The position numbers were made by a program, and so were the translations under genes. Below are positions 8,600-18,571 of a stretch of DNA of 64,000 bases, piece by piece. A model generated the notes under the pieces. The model searched no databases. It was not told the origin of the DNA and saw only the letters and a list, made by a program, of their open reading frames with translations. This DNA is from Terriglobales bacterium (lineage in GTDB: Bacteria; Acidobacteriota; Terriglobia; Terriglobales; Acidobacteriaceae), in assembly GCA_963802555.1 (NCBI GenBank), contig CAWDJD010000003.1, positions 88,971 to 152,970 on the forward strand, written 5' to 3'. Numbering within the stretch: the stretch's first letter is position 1; each line of letters begins with the position of its first letter.

Positions 8600-10315
8600 T
8601 TACGGTTCGTATCCCGGCCCACGCAATACTTTTCCTGGCTTCGCGCCGGTCATTTTCCCTTGATCAATCACGGGCACACCGTTCACCAGCACATACTCCA
8701 TCCCTTGCGATAGTTGGTTCGGATTCTCAAAAGTCGCTAGATCGCGAACGGTTGCCGGGTCGAAGATCACGACGTCTGCCCACATGCCGGCCTTCAACAC
8801 TCCGCGATCCGTGAGTCGCATGCGCTGCGCCGGCAAGGCGGAGAATTTCCGAATCGCGTCTTCCAGCGTGAGTTTGTGCTCCTCGCGAACGTACTTGCGC
8901 AAAATGCGCGGAAAAGTCCCGTAAGCCCTGGGATGCGGATGTTCCTGACCGAGGAGTCCTTCCGGCGACGTGCCGGAAGAATCGTTGTCAATCGAAACCC
9001 AGGGTTGTTGCAGGGCAAGCGCAACGTCGGGCTCTGACATGCCGAAGACCGCGACTTCCATGAGGGGATCTTCGATGAGCAAGTCACAGAGTGCGTCAAT
9101 CGGATCTTTGTTCCAAAGCTTCGCCACTTCGGCCAGGGTTTTGCCTTGCAAGGGAAGGATCTTTGGGTTCCGCACCACGCCAATCAGGATTGACTCAGGC
9201 CCGGGGATTTCCTGCCATTCGTTGTCCCAATTGTTTGATGGAGTCAACATCTCCATGCGAATACGGGCCCGCATCTCTGGATCTTTCAATCGCTCCACCA
9301 GCTTAGCGTCCCCGCCATCGTGCGCCCACTGCGGAACGAACGCCGAAAACGTGTTGAACCATGCGGTGTAGGCGTAGGTATTGGCACTGACGTCCATGCC
9401 TTCCGCGCGCGCGGCGTTGATTTTTGCCACCACTTCCGGCATGCGTCCCCAGTTCTTTTTGCCGGCAACCTTGAGGTGCCAAATTTCCACCGGAATGTGC
9501 GCCTCGCGGCCAATGCGCAGGGCTTCGTCGATGGCCGTCAAAACCGAATTGCTCTCGTCGCGCATGTGGGTCGCATAAATGCCACCGAATTTCGATGCTT
9601 CTCCCGCCAGCGCGATCAATTCTTCGGTTTTTGCATAGGGAGCAGGAGCGTATTCAAGAGCAGTAGAGACGCCAACCGCGCCGTCGCGCATGGCCTGGCG
9701 CACCAGTTCTTTCATCAGCTCGAGTTGTTCGGGCGTGGGTTGTTTGTCGTCGTCGCCCAGGACCATCCGGCGTACTTGCGTCGCGCCTACGTAACTGGCC
9801 AGATTGATTCCCATGCCTTGGCTTTCGAGTTTGGCAAAATACTGGCGGAAAGTCCGCCAGTCAGGAGAAAGGTGGTAGTGCTCGTAGTCAGCACGATCCG
9901 CTTGGAGGATGGCATCATTCAACGGCGCTGCCGAGCCGCCTTCGCCCGTAATCTCGGTCGTGATGCCCTGATAGATTTTCGAGGGCAGCCTCGGGTCGAC
10001 AAGAATGGTGAGATCGGATTGGCCAAGCATGTCGATGAATCCCGGGGCCACCACTTTGCCTTGCGCATCGACGGTCCGCGTCCGCGACGCGGCACTCAGA
10101 TTGCCAATCGCCGCTATCTTCCCACCACGGATGCCGATATCTCCGGAATACCAGGGCGAGCCGGTACCGTCGATGATGTGGCCGTTGACGATGACAATAT
10201 CGAAAGATTGCAATGCTGATGCCGCCGATTGCGGCCAGAGCAACTGAACTCCAGCCAGGAAAACCGTAGCGATCAGCAACAGGTTTCCAAGCATTCGCGA
10301 GACAGTGTTGTTCAT
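8600..10315 (-). CDS. D-aminoacylase-type amidohydrolase (N-acyl-D-amino-acid deacylase family)
   Basis: Motifs: IVNGHIIDGTGSPWYSGDIGIRGGKIAAIG, PGFIDMLGQS, GIYATHMRDE. ATG at 10315 is preceded by GAGGGG, and a signal peptide follows. Confidence 0.8.
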   Translation of the reverse strand: MNNTVSRMLGNLLLIATVFLAGVQLLWPQSAASALQSFDIVIVNGHIIDGTGSPWYSGDIGIRGGKIAAIGNLSAASRTRTVDAQGKVVAPGFIDMLGQSDLTILVDPRLPSKIYQGITTEITGEGGSAAPLNDAILQADRADYEHYHLSPDWRTFRQYFAKLESQGMGINLASYVGATQVRRMVLGDDDKQPTPEQLELMKELVRQAMRDGAVGVSTALEYAPAPYAKTEELIALAGEASKFGGIYATHMRDESNSVLTAIDEALRIGREAHIPVEIWHLKVAGKKNWGRMPEVVAKINAARAEGMDVSANTYAYTAWFNTFSAFVPQWAHDGGDAKLVERLKDPEMRARIRMEMLTPSNNWDNEWQEIPGPESILIGVVRNPKILPLQGKTLAEVAKLWNKDPIDALCDLLIEDPLMEVAVFGMSEPDVALALQQPWVSIDNDSSGTSPEGLLGQEHPHPRAYGTFPRILRKYVREEHKLTLEDAIRKFSALPAQRMRLTDRGVLKAGMWADVVIFDPATVRDLATFENPNQLSQGMEYVLVNGVPVIDQGKMTGAKPGKVLRGPGYEP

Positions 10316-10447
10316 TCTTTCCCCTCTGAATCTGTACAAAACAGAATTACCTTTGGCCTACGCAACCAAGCAGTCTACCCTCATCATCGGGTCCCGGCCA
10401 GCGGGTATGCTATGTTTAACGCGCCCTAATCAATCTACGAGGCGGCC

Positions 10448-11260
10448 ATGCCCCGATACGAATATCGTCCCATTAATCCGACGCCAGAAGCCCAAAGGAG
10501 CTTTCTGGAATGGATCGAACGTCTGGACCGCGAATTCAGCAATCGCGATCCCCAGCACCGCAATGACGTCGTCCGCGACACCTTGCACGAGCTTTATCTG
10601 GGACACCCCTACGCCGCGCCCGGCCCGACCGCGACCCTGGCGGAACAGACCCTGGTCCACAGCTTCGATCCGAGAAACGCTTCGCTCGAACCGGAATATT
10701 ATGGCGACGTCGATCCCGTGAAATATGCCGAGCGTAAGCCGCTCATCTGGCTCTGGATGATGTATGACCGCTCCCCGGTGGGGCTAAATCACTGGCTGGG
10801 CTTTCGTCTACGCGCCATGCTCGCACGCCACGTTCTCAAGCGCTGCGGCAAGAATGTCAAGATTTTTCACGGTGTGGAAATCTCGTTCGGCTACAACCTG
10901 ACCATTGAAGACAACTGCACCATCCACAAGTATGTACTGCTGGATGACCGCGGTGAACTCATCATCCATGAAGGCAGCTCGATTTCCGACTATGCGAACG
11001 TCTATACCCACGCGCATGATCTGAATGACGGCATGATCGTTTCTAACCACGTCACCGAGATCGGCCCCAAGGCACGCGTTACGTACCACGCTACGGTGAT
11101 GAGCGGAGTGAAAATCGGCGAGCATGGGATGGTGGGCTCGATGGGCGTGGCTTCCAAGGATGTCGCACCTTTCAACGTCGTGGCCGGCATTCCCGCGAAA
11201 CCGATCAAGGTAAAGCCCATCGCCCCCGAGGAACTGCGCAAAGAATTTGGGAAGCACTAG
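10448..11260 (+). CDS. left-handed beta-helix (hexapeptide-repeat) acyltransferase
   Basis: C-terminal hexapeptide repeats (IFHGVEISFGYNLTIEDNCTIHKYVLLDD..IGEHGMVGSMGVASKDVAPFNVVAGIPAK). The N-terminal roughly 120 aa are not recognisable. Confidence 0.7.
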   Translation: MPRYEYRPINPTPEAQRSFLEWIERLDREFSNRDPQHRNDVVRDTLHELYLGHPYAAPGPTATLAEQTLVHSFDPRNASLEPEYYGDVDPVKYAERKPLIWLWMMYDRSPVGLNHWLGFRLRAMLARHVLKRCGKNVKIFHGVEISFGYNLTIEDNCTIHKYVLLDDRGELIIHEGSSISDYANVYTHAHDLNDGMIVSNHVTEIGPKARVTYHATVMSGVKIGEHGMVGSMGVASKDVAPFNVVAGIPAKPIKVKPIAPEELRKEFGKH

Positions 11261-11386
11261 ACGAGCGGATGCCATACGCTTGGGCTCCGGGATGAAACCC
11301 CGGGACACCGCGCGGTACCCGCATCCACATGTTAATATCGAAGCCAATCTCGCGTCGGAATCTTCGTCAAGGCTCTGCAAAATTTG

Positions 11387-12415
11387 ATGTCTTCTAGTCC
11401 CTCAAATCAACGCAAACGCGTGCTCAGCGGCATGCGCTCTACCGGCAAACTGCATCTGGGCAATTTTGTCGGCGCACTGGATAACTGGGTCCGCATGCAG
11501 GACCAGTACGAGTGTTTTTTCTTCATCGCCGACTGGCACGCTCTGACCACCGATTACGCTGACACCTCGAAAGTAAAAGAAAACTCCATTGAGGTGATGC
11601 TGGATTTTCTGGCGGGCGGGCTGGATCCCGAACGCTGCACCATGTTTATTCAATCGCACGTGCCGCAGCATGCCGAACTGCATTTGCTCTTTTCCATGAT
11701 CACCCCGCTGGGATGGCTCGAGCGCGTCCCCACCTATAAGGAGCAGCAGGAAAACGTTGCCGGGAAAGATCTGAATACGTATGGTTTCCTGGGCTATCCC
11801 TTATTGCAATCGGCGGATATTTTGATCTACAAGGGTGACTTTGTCCCGGTGGGCGAAGACCAGGTGCCGCATGTGGAGCTGACCCGCGAAATCGCGCGGC
11901 GGTTTAACCAGTTCTACAACCTGCACGGAGCTCCGGTGTTCCCGGAGCCGAAGCCGCTGCTCACTCCTACGCCAAAATTGCCCGGCACCGATGGCCGCAA
12001 GATGTCGAAGTCGTATGGCAACACCATCATGCTCAGCGATCCCGAGCCGGTCGTGCGGCAAAAGTTGAAGACCATGGTCACCGACCCGGCTCGCGTTCGC
12101 CGCACCGACCCTGGCAATCCTGACGTTTGTCCGGTGGGCGACCTGCACAAGCTATTCAGCAGTAAGGACACTCTTGCCAAAGTGTACGAAGGCTGCCGTT
12201 CCGCGGGCATCGGTTGCATTGAGTGCAAAGGCTGGGCCGCGGATGCGCTCGTCCAGATTCTCGCTCCCATGCAGGAACGCCGCAAAAAATACGAGGACCA
12301 TCCCCGCCTCGTCTGGGATATTCTTGAGGCTGGCGCTGCCACGGCTGGCAAGGTTGCGTCCGCTACCATGAGCGAGGTTCGGGAAGCCATGGGGATGTCC
12401 CTGGAGTATGAGTAA
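11387..12415 (+). CDS. trpS: tryptophan--tRNA ligase
   Basis: Class I motifs GKLHLGNFVG (HIGH-like) and KMSKS. Length is typical. The ORF is open from TTG at 11384. Confidence 0.95.
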   Translation: MSSSPSNQRKRVLSGMRSTGKLHLGNFVGALDNWVRMQDQYECFFFIADWHALTTDYADTSKVKENSIEVMLDFLAGGLDPERCTMFIQSHVPQHAELHLLFSMITPLGWLERVPTYKEQQENVAGKDLNTYGFLGYPLLQSADILIYKGDFVPVGEDQVPHVELTREIARRFNQFYNLHGAPVFPEPKPLLTPTPKLPGTDGRKMSKSYGNTIMLSDPEPVVRQKLKTMVTDPARVRRTDPGNPDVCPVGDLHKLFSSKDTLAKVYEGCRSAGIGCIECKGWAADALVQILAPMQERRKKYEDHPRLVWDILEAGAATAGKVASATMSEVREAMGMSLEYE

Positions 12416-12418
12416 ACT

Positions 12419-13324
12419 ATGACCGCACTGAGCAGCAAATTAACGGCGGAAGAATTAAAGGCGGTCCGCGAGAGCTCTGCGGTCAACCCTGTCGACACCG
12501 CGCCGAGCCTGGCCGTGGTCACACAGAAATCGCCGCAGAAAAGAGAAGAAAGCGACTTCCCTTTCGCGGTCTCCGTTAGCGATGTTTATGAAGGCCCGCT
12601 CGATTTGCTGCTTGATCTTATCCGCAAGCAGGACATCGATATCTACGATATTCCGATCGCAAAAATCACCTCGCAATATCTGACCTACGTGGAAAAACTC
12701 CGCGAGTTGGACGTAAACGTCGCCGCCGACTTTATCTACATGGCCGCAGTGCTGATTCACATCAAGTCGAAAATGCTTTTGCCGCGAGATCCTGCCGCCG
12801 CTTCCGAGGAACAAGACGATCCTCGCGCCGAGCTGGTGAATCGTCTGATTGAGCACGAGAAATTCAAGTCGGCGGCGCAGATGCTGATGCAGAAGCAGCA
12901 AATCGAAGACGCGGTCTGGTCAAACCCGGCAATCAAAGAGTTCATGGATGCCGAGGGAACCGAGCCCGAAATCGCCGCCGACGTGATTGACCTGGTGAAA
13001 ACTTTCCAGCAGATTCTCGACCGCGCCCGCACCCGCCCCATGCTCCAGGTAGACGAGGAATCGGTCACCGTTGGACAAATGATCGACTACCTGCGGCGGC
13101 GCTTGTCGCTCGAAGACCGGCCCATCCGCCTGAAGCAGTTGTTGCGGAACATCGATTCGCGTCCCACGCTGGTCTGCATGTTTCTCGCGCTGCTGGAACT
13201 GGTTCGCCTGCAGGCAATCCAACTCCGGCAGGAACGCTCGTTCGGCGAAATTCTGCTTCGCAAACATACTGGCTTCGACGCCGTTATGGCGGAACAAGTC
13301 GCAGTAAAGGATGACTGGCGGTGA
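12419..13324 (+). CDS. scpA: segregation and condensation protein A
   Basis: YEGPLDLLLDLIRKQDIDIYDIPIAKITSQY is a typical ScpA N-terminus. scpB follows. Confidence 0.9.
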   Translation: MTALSSKLTAEELKAVRESSAVNPVDTAPSLAVVTQKSPQKREESDFPFAVSVSDVYEGPLDLLLDLIRKQDIDIYDIPIAKITSQYLTYVEKLRELDVNVAADFIYMAAVLIHIKSKMLLPRDPAAASEEQDDPRAELVNRLIEHEKFKSAAQMLMQKQQIEDAVWSNPAIKEFMDAEGTEPEIAADVIDLVKTFQQILDRARTRPMLQVDEESVTVGQMIDYLRRRLSLEDRPIRLKQLLRNIDSRPTLVCMFLALLELVRLQAIQLRQERSFGEILLRKHTGFDAVMAEQVAVKDDWR

Positions 13325-13409
13325 GGACACCGTCACTTACTAAGCCATTCGCCCCTACGGCCAAAGACTGCAAGGCCAACGACCAAAGACGAACGACCAA
13401 CGACTGATC

Positions 13410-14204
13410 ATGAGTCTTAAAGCCCAACTCGAAGCCATCATCTACGCTGCCGAAACGCCGGTCACGCTCGACAACCTGATCGAACTCGTCCGCGAATCCG
13501 TCTCGAACGGCGATGCCCCGGACAACGCCGCCATTAAATCGCAGGTCCGCCTGGCGCTGGAAGAATTGTCCAGCGATTACGCAAACGCGAACCATGGCAT
13601 TGAAATCCGCCAGGTCGCCAGCGGATATCGCATGTCCACCAAGCCCGAGCATCACGACGTGGTACGCGCCTTCGCCAAAAGCCTAAAGCCGCCCATCCGC
13701 CTGTCCATGCCTGCCTTGGAAACGCTTGCGGTCATCGCCTACAAACAGCCCGTAACCGTGCCTGAAATCAGCGAGATCCGCGGCGTGGATTCGAGCGGCG
13801 TGATTGCCACCCTGCTCGATCGCAAGTTGATCACCACCGCCGGCCGTAAGGCCGTCATCGGCCGCCCTATTCTTTACAAAAGCACCAAGGAATTCCTGCT
13901 ACGATTTGGGCTCAAAGACGTCAGCGAACTCCCCAGCATGGAAGAGTTCGAGAAATTGGTTGCAGAATCATTTCAAAGCGACTTGTTGCCGGTCACGGAC
14001 GGCGACCCAGGAGATGACACAATGGCGAACAGCAAATCACAAGGTTCGGTCAAGCCCGATGGCGTTCCGGGCAAGCATGGCAAGCCGTCCGGGAACGCTC
14101 CCCGGCCGAAGGATGGCGATACTTCGCCCGACGATCCACTCACCGGGAACACCGGCGATGGCGATGGAGTTGGCGGCCAGCACGGCAAACCCACCGGCAC
14201 CTAA
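13410..14204 (+). CDS. scpB: segregation and condensation protein B with a low-complexity C-terminal tail
   Basis: ScpB-like sequence: LEAIIYAAETPVTL..GYRMSTKPE..LETLAVIAYKQPVTVPEISEIRGV..LLDRKLI..GRPILY.T.EFL..FGL. Confidence 0.88.
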   Translation: MSLKAQLEAIIYAAETPVTLDNLIELVRESVSNGDAPDNAAIKSQVRLALEELSSDYANANHGIEIRQVASGYRMSTKPEHHDVVRAFAKSLKPPIRLSMPALETLAVIAYKQPVTVPEISEIRGVDSSGVIATLLDRKLITTAGRKAVIGRPILYKSTKEFLLRFGLKDVSELPSMEEFEKLVAESFQSDLLPVTDGDPGDDTMANSKSQGSVKPDGVPGKHGKPSGNAPRPKDGDTSPDDPLTGNTGDGDGVGGQHGKPTGT

Positions 14205-14283
14205 AGCCCTATAGACCAGCCCGGCGAAGGCCGGGAGCCAGACCCAAAGACGGTTACAATAGAAGTGACCCGACCGCCCACCT

Positions 14284-15645
14284 ATGCCGTCTGAACGTCT
14301 GCAAAAAATCATTGCCGCTGCCGGCATCGCCTCCCGCCGCAAAGCGGAACAGATCATCACCAGCGGACTCGTCTCCGTGAATGGCCAGGTCGTCACCGAA
14401 CTGGGCAGCAAGGCCGATCCCGACGTCGATCATATCCGCGTCAACGGCAAGCTTCTTCACGGGCCCGAGCGGCATGTTTATCTGCTGATGAACAAGCCCA
14501 AGGGCTACGTCACCACGCTGAGCGATCCCGAGCATCGCCCCACTGTCATGGACCTGCTCCACGGCGTGGGAGCGCGCGTCTATCCCGTGGGCCGCCTCGA
14601 TTACGCCAGCGAAGGCCTTCTCCTCCTTACCAATGACGGCGAATTCGCCAACCTCTTAATGAAGGCTGCTTCCCACGTCCCAAAAACTTACATGGTGAAA
14701 GTGGCGGGCAAGCCCAAGGACGATGGCCTCAGCAAGTTACGCGCAGGTCTATTCATCGGATCGGAAGATGGAAGGCGTGTGAAAACCGCACCCGCCCGAG
14801 TGAATCTGATTCGCGAAGCCAATAATCCCTGGTACGAGATTACGTTGACCGAAGGCAAGAATCGTCAGATTCGCCGCATGTTCGAGGAGATTGGACACCA
14901 CGTCGAGAAGATCAAACGCGTCCGCTACGGAAATCTTGAGTTGGATGTTCATCCCGGAAAATTCCGCAAGCTAACAACCGAAGAGGTCGACCGGCTCAAA
15001 TCGATGACGAAACCGGGAGCCGATCCGCGAAGATTCATGCCAATTTTCGACAAGCCGAAAGTTAGCTACGCTAAAACTAGCGCACCACCAGCCAAGCCGA
15101 AATTCATACCGCGCTCCGACTCACGCCCGGTATTGTCGGCGAAGCCCACCGCATCATTTGCCAGAGCCGGCGCCAGGGGCCCCAAACCCAGCTTCGGTCG
15201 AGGCCCGTCGGGCCCGCGTCCGTCTACGCCCGCGAAGTCCAACGGTTCATTCGCGAAAGGCTCGCAACCGAACCGGCCCAAGTTTTCTGCACGGCCTTCT
15301 GCTGAACACCCATCCAATACGAAACGCCCATCGAAGTTTGCCAAGCCCAACGCATTTGCGAAGCCGAATGCGTTCGCGAAATACGCCAAGAAGCCCGCCA
15401 GACCCAGCTTTGCTCGGCAGGCCGACGCCCAGGAATCCTCGCCGAGGAAGCCTGCCGCCTCATTCGCGCGAGCCGGCGAAAGGACGACCAAGCCCGCTTT
15501 CAATACAAGTTCATCTTCCCGGCGCCCGGCTACTCAACGCCCATCTTCTCAACGACCGTTTACTTCGCGCCCGGCTTCTGGACGCCCATCCTCGCCCGCC
15601 GGACCGCGCCGCAACAGCCAGCGTCGCCCGGATCGACACCGATAG
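14284..15645 (+). CDS. rluB: 23S rRNA pseudouridine synthase (RluB/RsuA family) with a long basic C-terminal tail
   Basis: S4 domain (RLQKIIAAAGIASRRKAEQII), catalytic region (GRLDYASEGLLLLTNDG) and KNRQIRRMFE. From about codon 260 the sequence is a basic, Pro/Ser/Ala-rich low-complexity tail. Confidence 0.88.
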   Translation: MPSERLQKIIAAAGIASRRKAEQIITSGLVSVNGQVVTELGSKADPDVDHIRVNGKLLHGPERHVYLLMNKPKGYVTTLSDPEHRPTVMDLLHGVGARVYPVGRLDYASEGLLLLTNDGEFANLLMKAASHVPKTYMVKVAGKPKDDGLSKLRAGLFIGSEDGRRVKTAPARVNLIREANNPWYEITLTEGKNRQIRRMFEEIGHHVEKIKRVRYGNLELDVHPGKFRKLTTEEVDRLKSMTKPGADPRRFMPIFDKPKVSYAKTSAPPAKPKFIPRSDSRPVLSAKPTASFARAGARGPKPSFGRGPSGPRPSTPAKSNGSFAKGSQPNRPKFSARPSAEHPSNTKRPSKFAKPNAFAKPNAFAKYAKKPARPSFARQADAQESSPRKPAASFARAGERTTKPAFNTSSSSRRPATQRPSSQRPFTSRPASGRPSSPAGPRRNSQRRPDRHR

Positions 15646-15762
15646 AAATAATCTTGTGATTTTCAGCCACCCGCATCAAATCACGTAGCGATAGCCCCCT
15701 TCGACCTCGCTCAGGGCAGGCTCTCGGCTGTCCAGCCAAGCGCAGTGAGAGCCGCGAATCCA

Positions 15763-16656
15763 CTATTTCTGACACTTCGCACAATAATGGCTGCTCCGCC
15801 CCGCAATCACAATCCTCTTGATCGGAGTCTTGCAAACCAGGCAAGCCTCATCTTCGCGCCCATACACCCGATGCTGCAACTGAAAAAATCCCTCTTCGCC
15901 ATCCGCATCCACATAATCAGAAACCGACGACCCGCCCAACGCAATCGCCTCTTTCAACACTTCCCGCACCGCCAGATAAAGCCTTCGCAGGTCTTCTCTT
16001 GTGAGTGACGACGCCCGTCGCCGCGGCCTGATCCCCGCCCGAAAAAGCGATTCATCGGCATAAATATTCCCCACACCGCTGAGCAGATTTTGATTCAGCA
16101 ACGCACTCTTGATCGGCGTCTTGCGTCCATGAAACAGTTCAACAAAGCGGTCCAATTCAACTTCCAGCGGCTCGGAACCGCTGGCTGCAAAGTCATGGGA
16201 AACACTAAGCCGTCCAAAACGCCGGGGATCGACAAAGCGCAATTCCCTCCCCGAAGCCAGCTTCGCCACAGCGTGCGTGTGCTTCTCGATCTCCGCGTCG
16301 CTTTCGCAAACCAGCATGCGCCCAGTCATCCCCAGATGCACAATCCACTGGGCTGTTGCTGGTGTAGATGTGGAGCGAGCGCCCCCGCCCGCTTTGGAGC
16401 TTATGACTGATTTTTTCTTCTCGGATTTGCTTTTCTTGAATTGCCGCCCAGCCCCACTCTCCAGATCAAACACAATATGCTTCCCCACCCGCCGCACATC
16501 CACAATCCGGCTGGATTCGAGCGTACCCGCAATCTCCGCCGCCGGCGATTTCAACGGCTCCGGCTTCGATCCCAGCCACACCGACTCGATCACATCCCCA
16601 TTGACCCGCTTGGCCAGTCCCCGGGCAATGGTTTCGACTTCAGGAAGTTCAGGCAT
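15763..16656 (-). CDS. mutM: formamidopyrimidine-DNA glycosylase
   Basis: N-terminal MPELPEVE and C-terminal zinc finger CLVCKTPIKRIVIAGRSSHYCAKCQ. Contains a Lys-rich insertion (KKSKSEKKKSVISSKAGGGARSTSTPATAQ). The ORF is open to 16686. Confidence 0.9.
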   Translation of the reverse strand: MPELPEVETIARGLAKRVNGDVIESVWLGSKPEPLKSPAAEIAGTLESSRIVDVRRVGKHIVFDLESGAGRQFKKSKSEKKKSVISSKAGGGARSTSTPATAQWIVHLGMTGRMLVCESDAEIEKHTHAVAKLASGRELRFVDPRRFGRLSVSHDFAASGSEPLEVELDRFVELFHGRKTPIKSALLNQNLLSGVGNIYADESLFRAGIRPRRRASSLTREDLRRLYLAVREVLKEAIALGGSSVSDYVDADGEEGFFQLQHRVYGREDEACLVCKTPIKRIVIAGRSSHYCAKCQK

Positions 16657-16722
16657 GAAAAATAGTTTACAGGCATCCGAATGCAAGCGTTAGCGCGCTC
16701 GTCCAGACGGAACTCAAGCCAA

Positions 16723-16756
16723 GATTCGTATCAGGGCATCGCCTTCAGGCGTACCG
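16723..16756 (+). repeat. REP-like hairpin element (ttcgtatcagggca.. family), left flank of the orphan pair
   Basis: Shares the 14-nt core ttcgtatcagggca, plus a similar downstream hairpin, with the reverse complement of 18572-18605. Confidence 0.6.
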
Positions 16757-16827
16757 TACATGGCTTGGATCCCGCAGGATCGAGGAGATTAGGTCGCCCG
16801 GTCTGGTTAGAGCTTCTGGCATTTCGA

Positions 16828-18051
16828 CTACTCCTCCACTGCCTTAGCGCGGGCCTTGGCTGCCTCGTCTAAGATGCGCCATGCCTTTTTGATTCGGTCG
16901 CGATGCACTGGTTCCAAATCTTCGATGAGGGTAGGCTTGTTAGAATTGGTCTGCTCGGTAACCGGGGGACGTACTATGCGATCAGGTCTTGTGGGTTGAA
17001 AATCACCCATCGGCAGGATGATGTATTTTTGCCAGACAGTGTGGATCGGCAACGATTGAAACTCATCCGGAAACCAAGGATACCGGCGCGCGGTTTTCTG
17101 CTCCTGTTCTCCATCCTGACGAATCCTTCCTACGCGCTGTTGCAGCTCGTGCTTCAAATCAGGCCCCCAGATGAACGTGTTCTCGCCTGCTGTCGCGGGC
17201 CACATCTCACGGTGAAACTTATCCGACGAGACGAAACACATACAGAACGGAGCATAAAACAGATACTGCAAGTCTAAATAGTGGCTGGGTCGCGGGCCGA
17301 TGAATCCTCTGCCAAGGCCGCCCATGAACGTTAGATAAAGTCGCAGAATCGACGCCGCATAAGGACAAAGGTCCTTCAACCTTGGCATCAAGCCGGAGCG
17401 AAAAAGCGCAGTCGCAATTCTCGCCGCAGGAATTGACACGTCAAGAAAGGCCATCAGCATCGTAAGCAGTGTTCCCTGAACATTTCGGTCGAAGTCGTCC
17501 ATCATTGCGTTGACAAGGGAGATCAAGTCGGAAAGGTTGCTGGCGTTTCCAAAATGTTCCTGTGCGAATTCTTTCCAGTCTTTGCTTAATAGATCTAGAT
17601 TGATGTTCGCTACTCCCTGTCGCCACATCGCCGCACTCGTCGCATCGTCGACCGTGAAGTTTCCATGTTCCCAACGCCGCCACATCTCCTGTTCGATCGT
17701 GGAGTCATAGATCACTCCTTGACCGTCGTCGGTGACGAAGACGTTGGCAGCGTGCGGGTCAACAGGCACTTGTCCAGACATTGGCACGTCGTACATACAA
17801 CAGAGACTTGCGATGCACAGCTTCCGAAAGTTCGCCGGTTGAAGACCATGAGCCTTTCCCATCTTCGACGCCAGTGCGCGAACAACCTGTTCCGGCAAAC
17901 TTCGCGCCATTGGCTTCTTCAAATCAGCAATGATCTCGGGGATCAGAAGTGGAGCACCTACGAACTTAAAGTACATGCTCAGTTCCGACACTTCGGACGG
18001 ATTGAGCATCTGCAGGAATGACTTGTCGAACATCAGCAACGGCCCGTTCAA
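16828..18051 (-). CDS. hypothetical protein, possible PIN-like nuclease with a large internal insertion
   Basis: 407-codon ORF. TTG start at 18051 is preceded by GGAG 5 nt upstream. PIN-like motif order: LLMFD(9)KSFLQML, APLLIPE(39)IIADL, then YLD(260)LQYLFYA..CFVSSD(277)KF. Matches no family I recognise. Confidence 0.6.
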   Translation of the reverse strand: MNGPLLMFDKSFLQMLNPSEVSELSMYFKFVGAPLLIPEIIADLKKPMARSLPEQVVRALASKMGKAHGLQPANFRKLCIASLCCMYDVPMSGQVPVDPHAANVFVTDDGQGVIYDSTIEQEMWRRWEHGNFTVDDATSAAMWRQGVANINLDLLSKDWKEFAQEHFGNASNLSDLISLVNAMMDDFDRNVQGTLLTMLMAFLDVSIPAARIATALFRSGLMPRLKDLCPYAASILRLYLTFMGGLGRGFIGPRPSHYLDLQYLFYAPFCMCFVSSDKFHREMWPATAGENTFIWGPDLKHELQQRVGRIRQDGEQEQKTARRYPWFPDEFQSLPIHTVWQKYIILPMGDFQPTRPDRIVRPPVTEQTNSNKPTLIEDLEPVHRDRIKKAWRILDEAAKARAKAVEE

Positions 18052-18100
18052 ATTTGCTCCACGTCGAACTTCCGCCGTACAATTATTGGATAAGGGTACT

Positions 18101-18478
18101 ATGGCTGATCAAGAAAAATGCGATGGATGTGGCACCGTGCTCGATCCGGCGATTCAGCCAGACCGTGCCCCGTGTCCGTTCTGTGGTTTGATGACGCGTG
18201 TGATTGAGGTTTCGATTAAAGACGGTATCGAACTCCACGACTCTGTTGGCTTCAAGCACAAACGAGATGGCCACAAGTTGCCCCTAGCGGAAGGAATGGC
18301 AGGTGACGATCTTTTTCGGACTGAACAGAGATGGGTTGGCAAGGAAAGGCTAATCGACAGAGAAAAGAATCGCTACCGGGAAAAGGTGACCGACCCGAGC
18401 ACTGGTAAAGTCATTCACCAGTGCGATGAACCGCTAGACCAACATCGCGGCCACGGCAGCGATAAAGCCAAAGCGTAA
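18101..18478 (+). CDS. hypothetical zinc-ribbon protein
   Basis: ATG at 18101 is preceded by AAGGG. N-terminal CDGC..x17..CPFC four-Cys ribbon, followed by a charged C-terminal region (RLIDREKNRYREKVTDPSTGKVIHQCDEPLDQHRGHGSDK). Confidence 0.55.
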   Translation: MADQEKCDGCGTVLDPAIQPDRAPCPFCGLMTRVIEVSIKDGIELHDSVGFKHKRDGHKLPLAEGMAGDDLFRTEQRWVGKERLIDREKNRYREKVTDPSTGKVIHQCDEPLDQHRGHGSDKAKA

Positions 18479-18571
18479 CAGTCCAACTCGCCCAACCCGA
18501 GCACCTTACTTTGCCCGAAGGAAAGCTGCCCGACTCAGCGGCTAAAGCCGGTGGTTCGACCTGACTCTTTT

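Noticed and set aside
13340-14260. Recurrent ccaaagac motifs flanking scpB (13365, 13385, 14244) as regulatory repeats.
   Set aside because: There are only three short 8-nt matches in low-complexity spacers. This cannot be distinguished from chance without genome-wide statistics.
18545-18570. tRNA-like GGTTCGA T-loop motif.
   Set aside because: There are no complementary T-stem, acceptor or anticodon arms around it. It is part of a REP-containing spacer.
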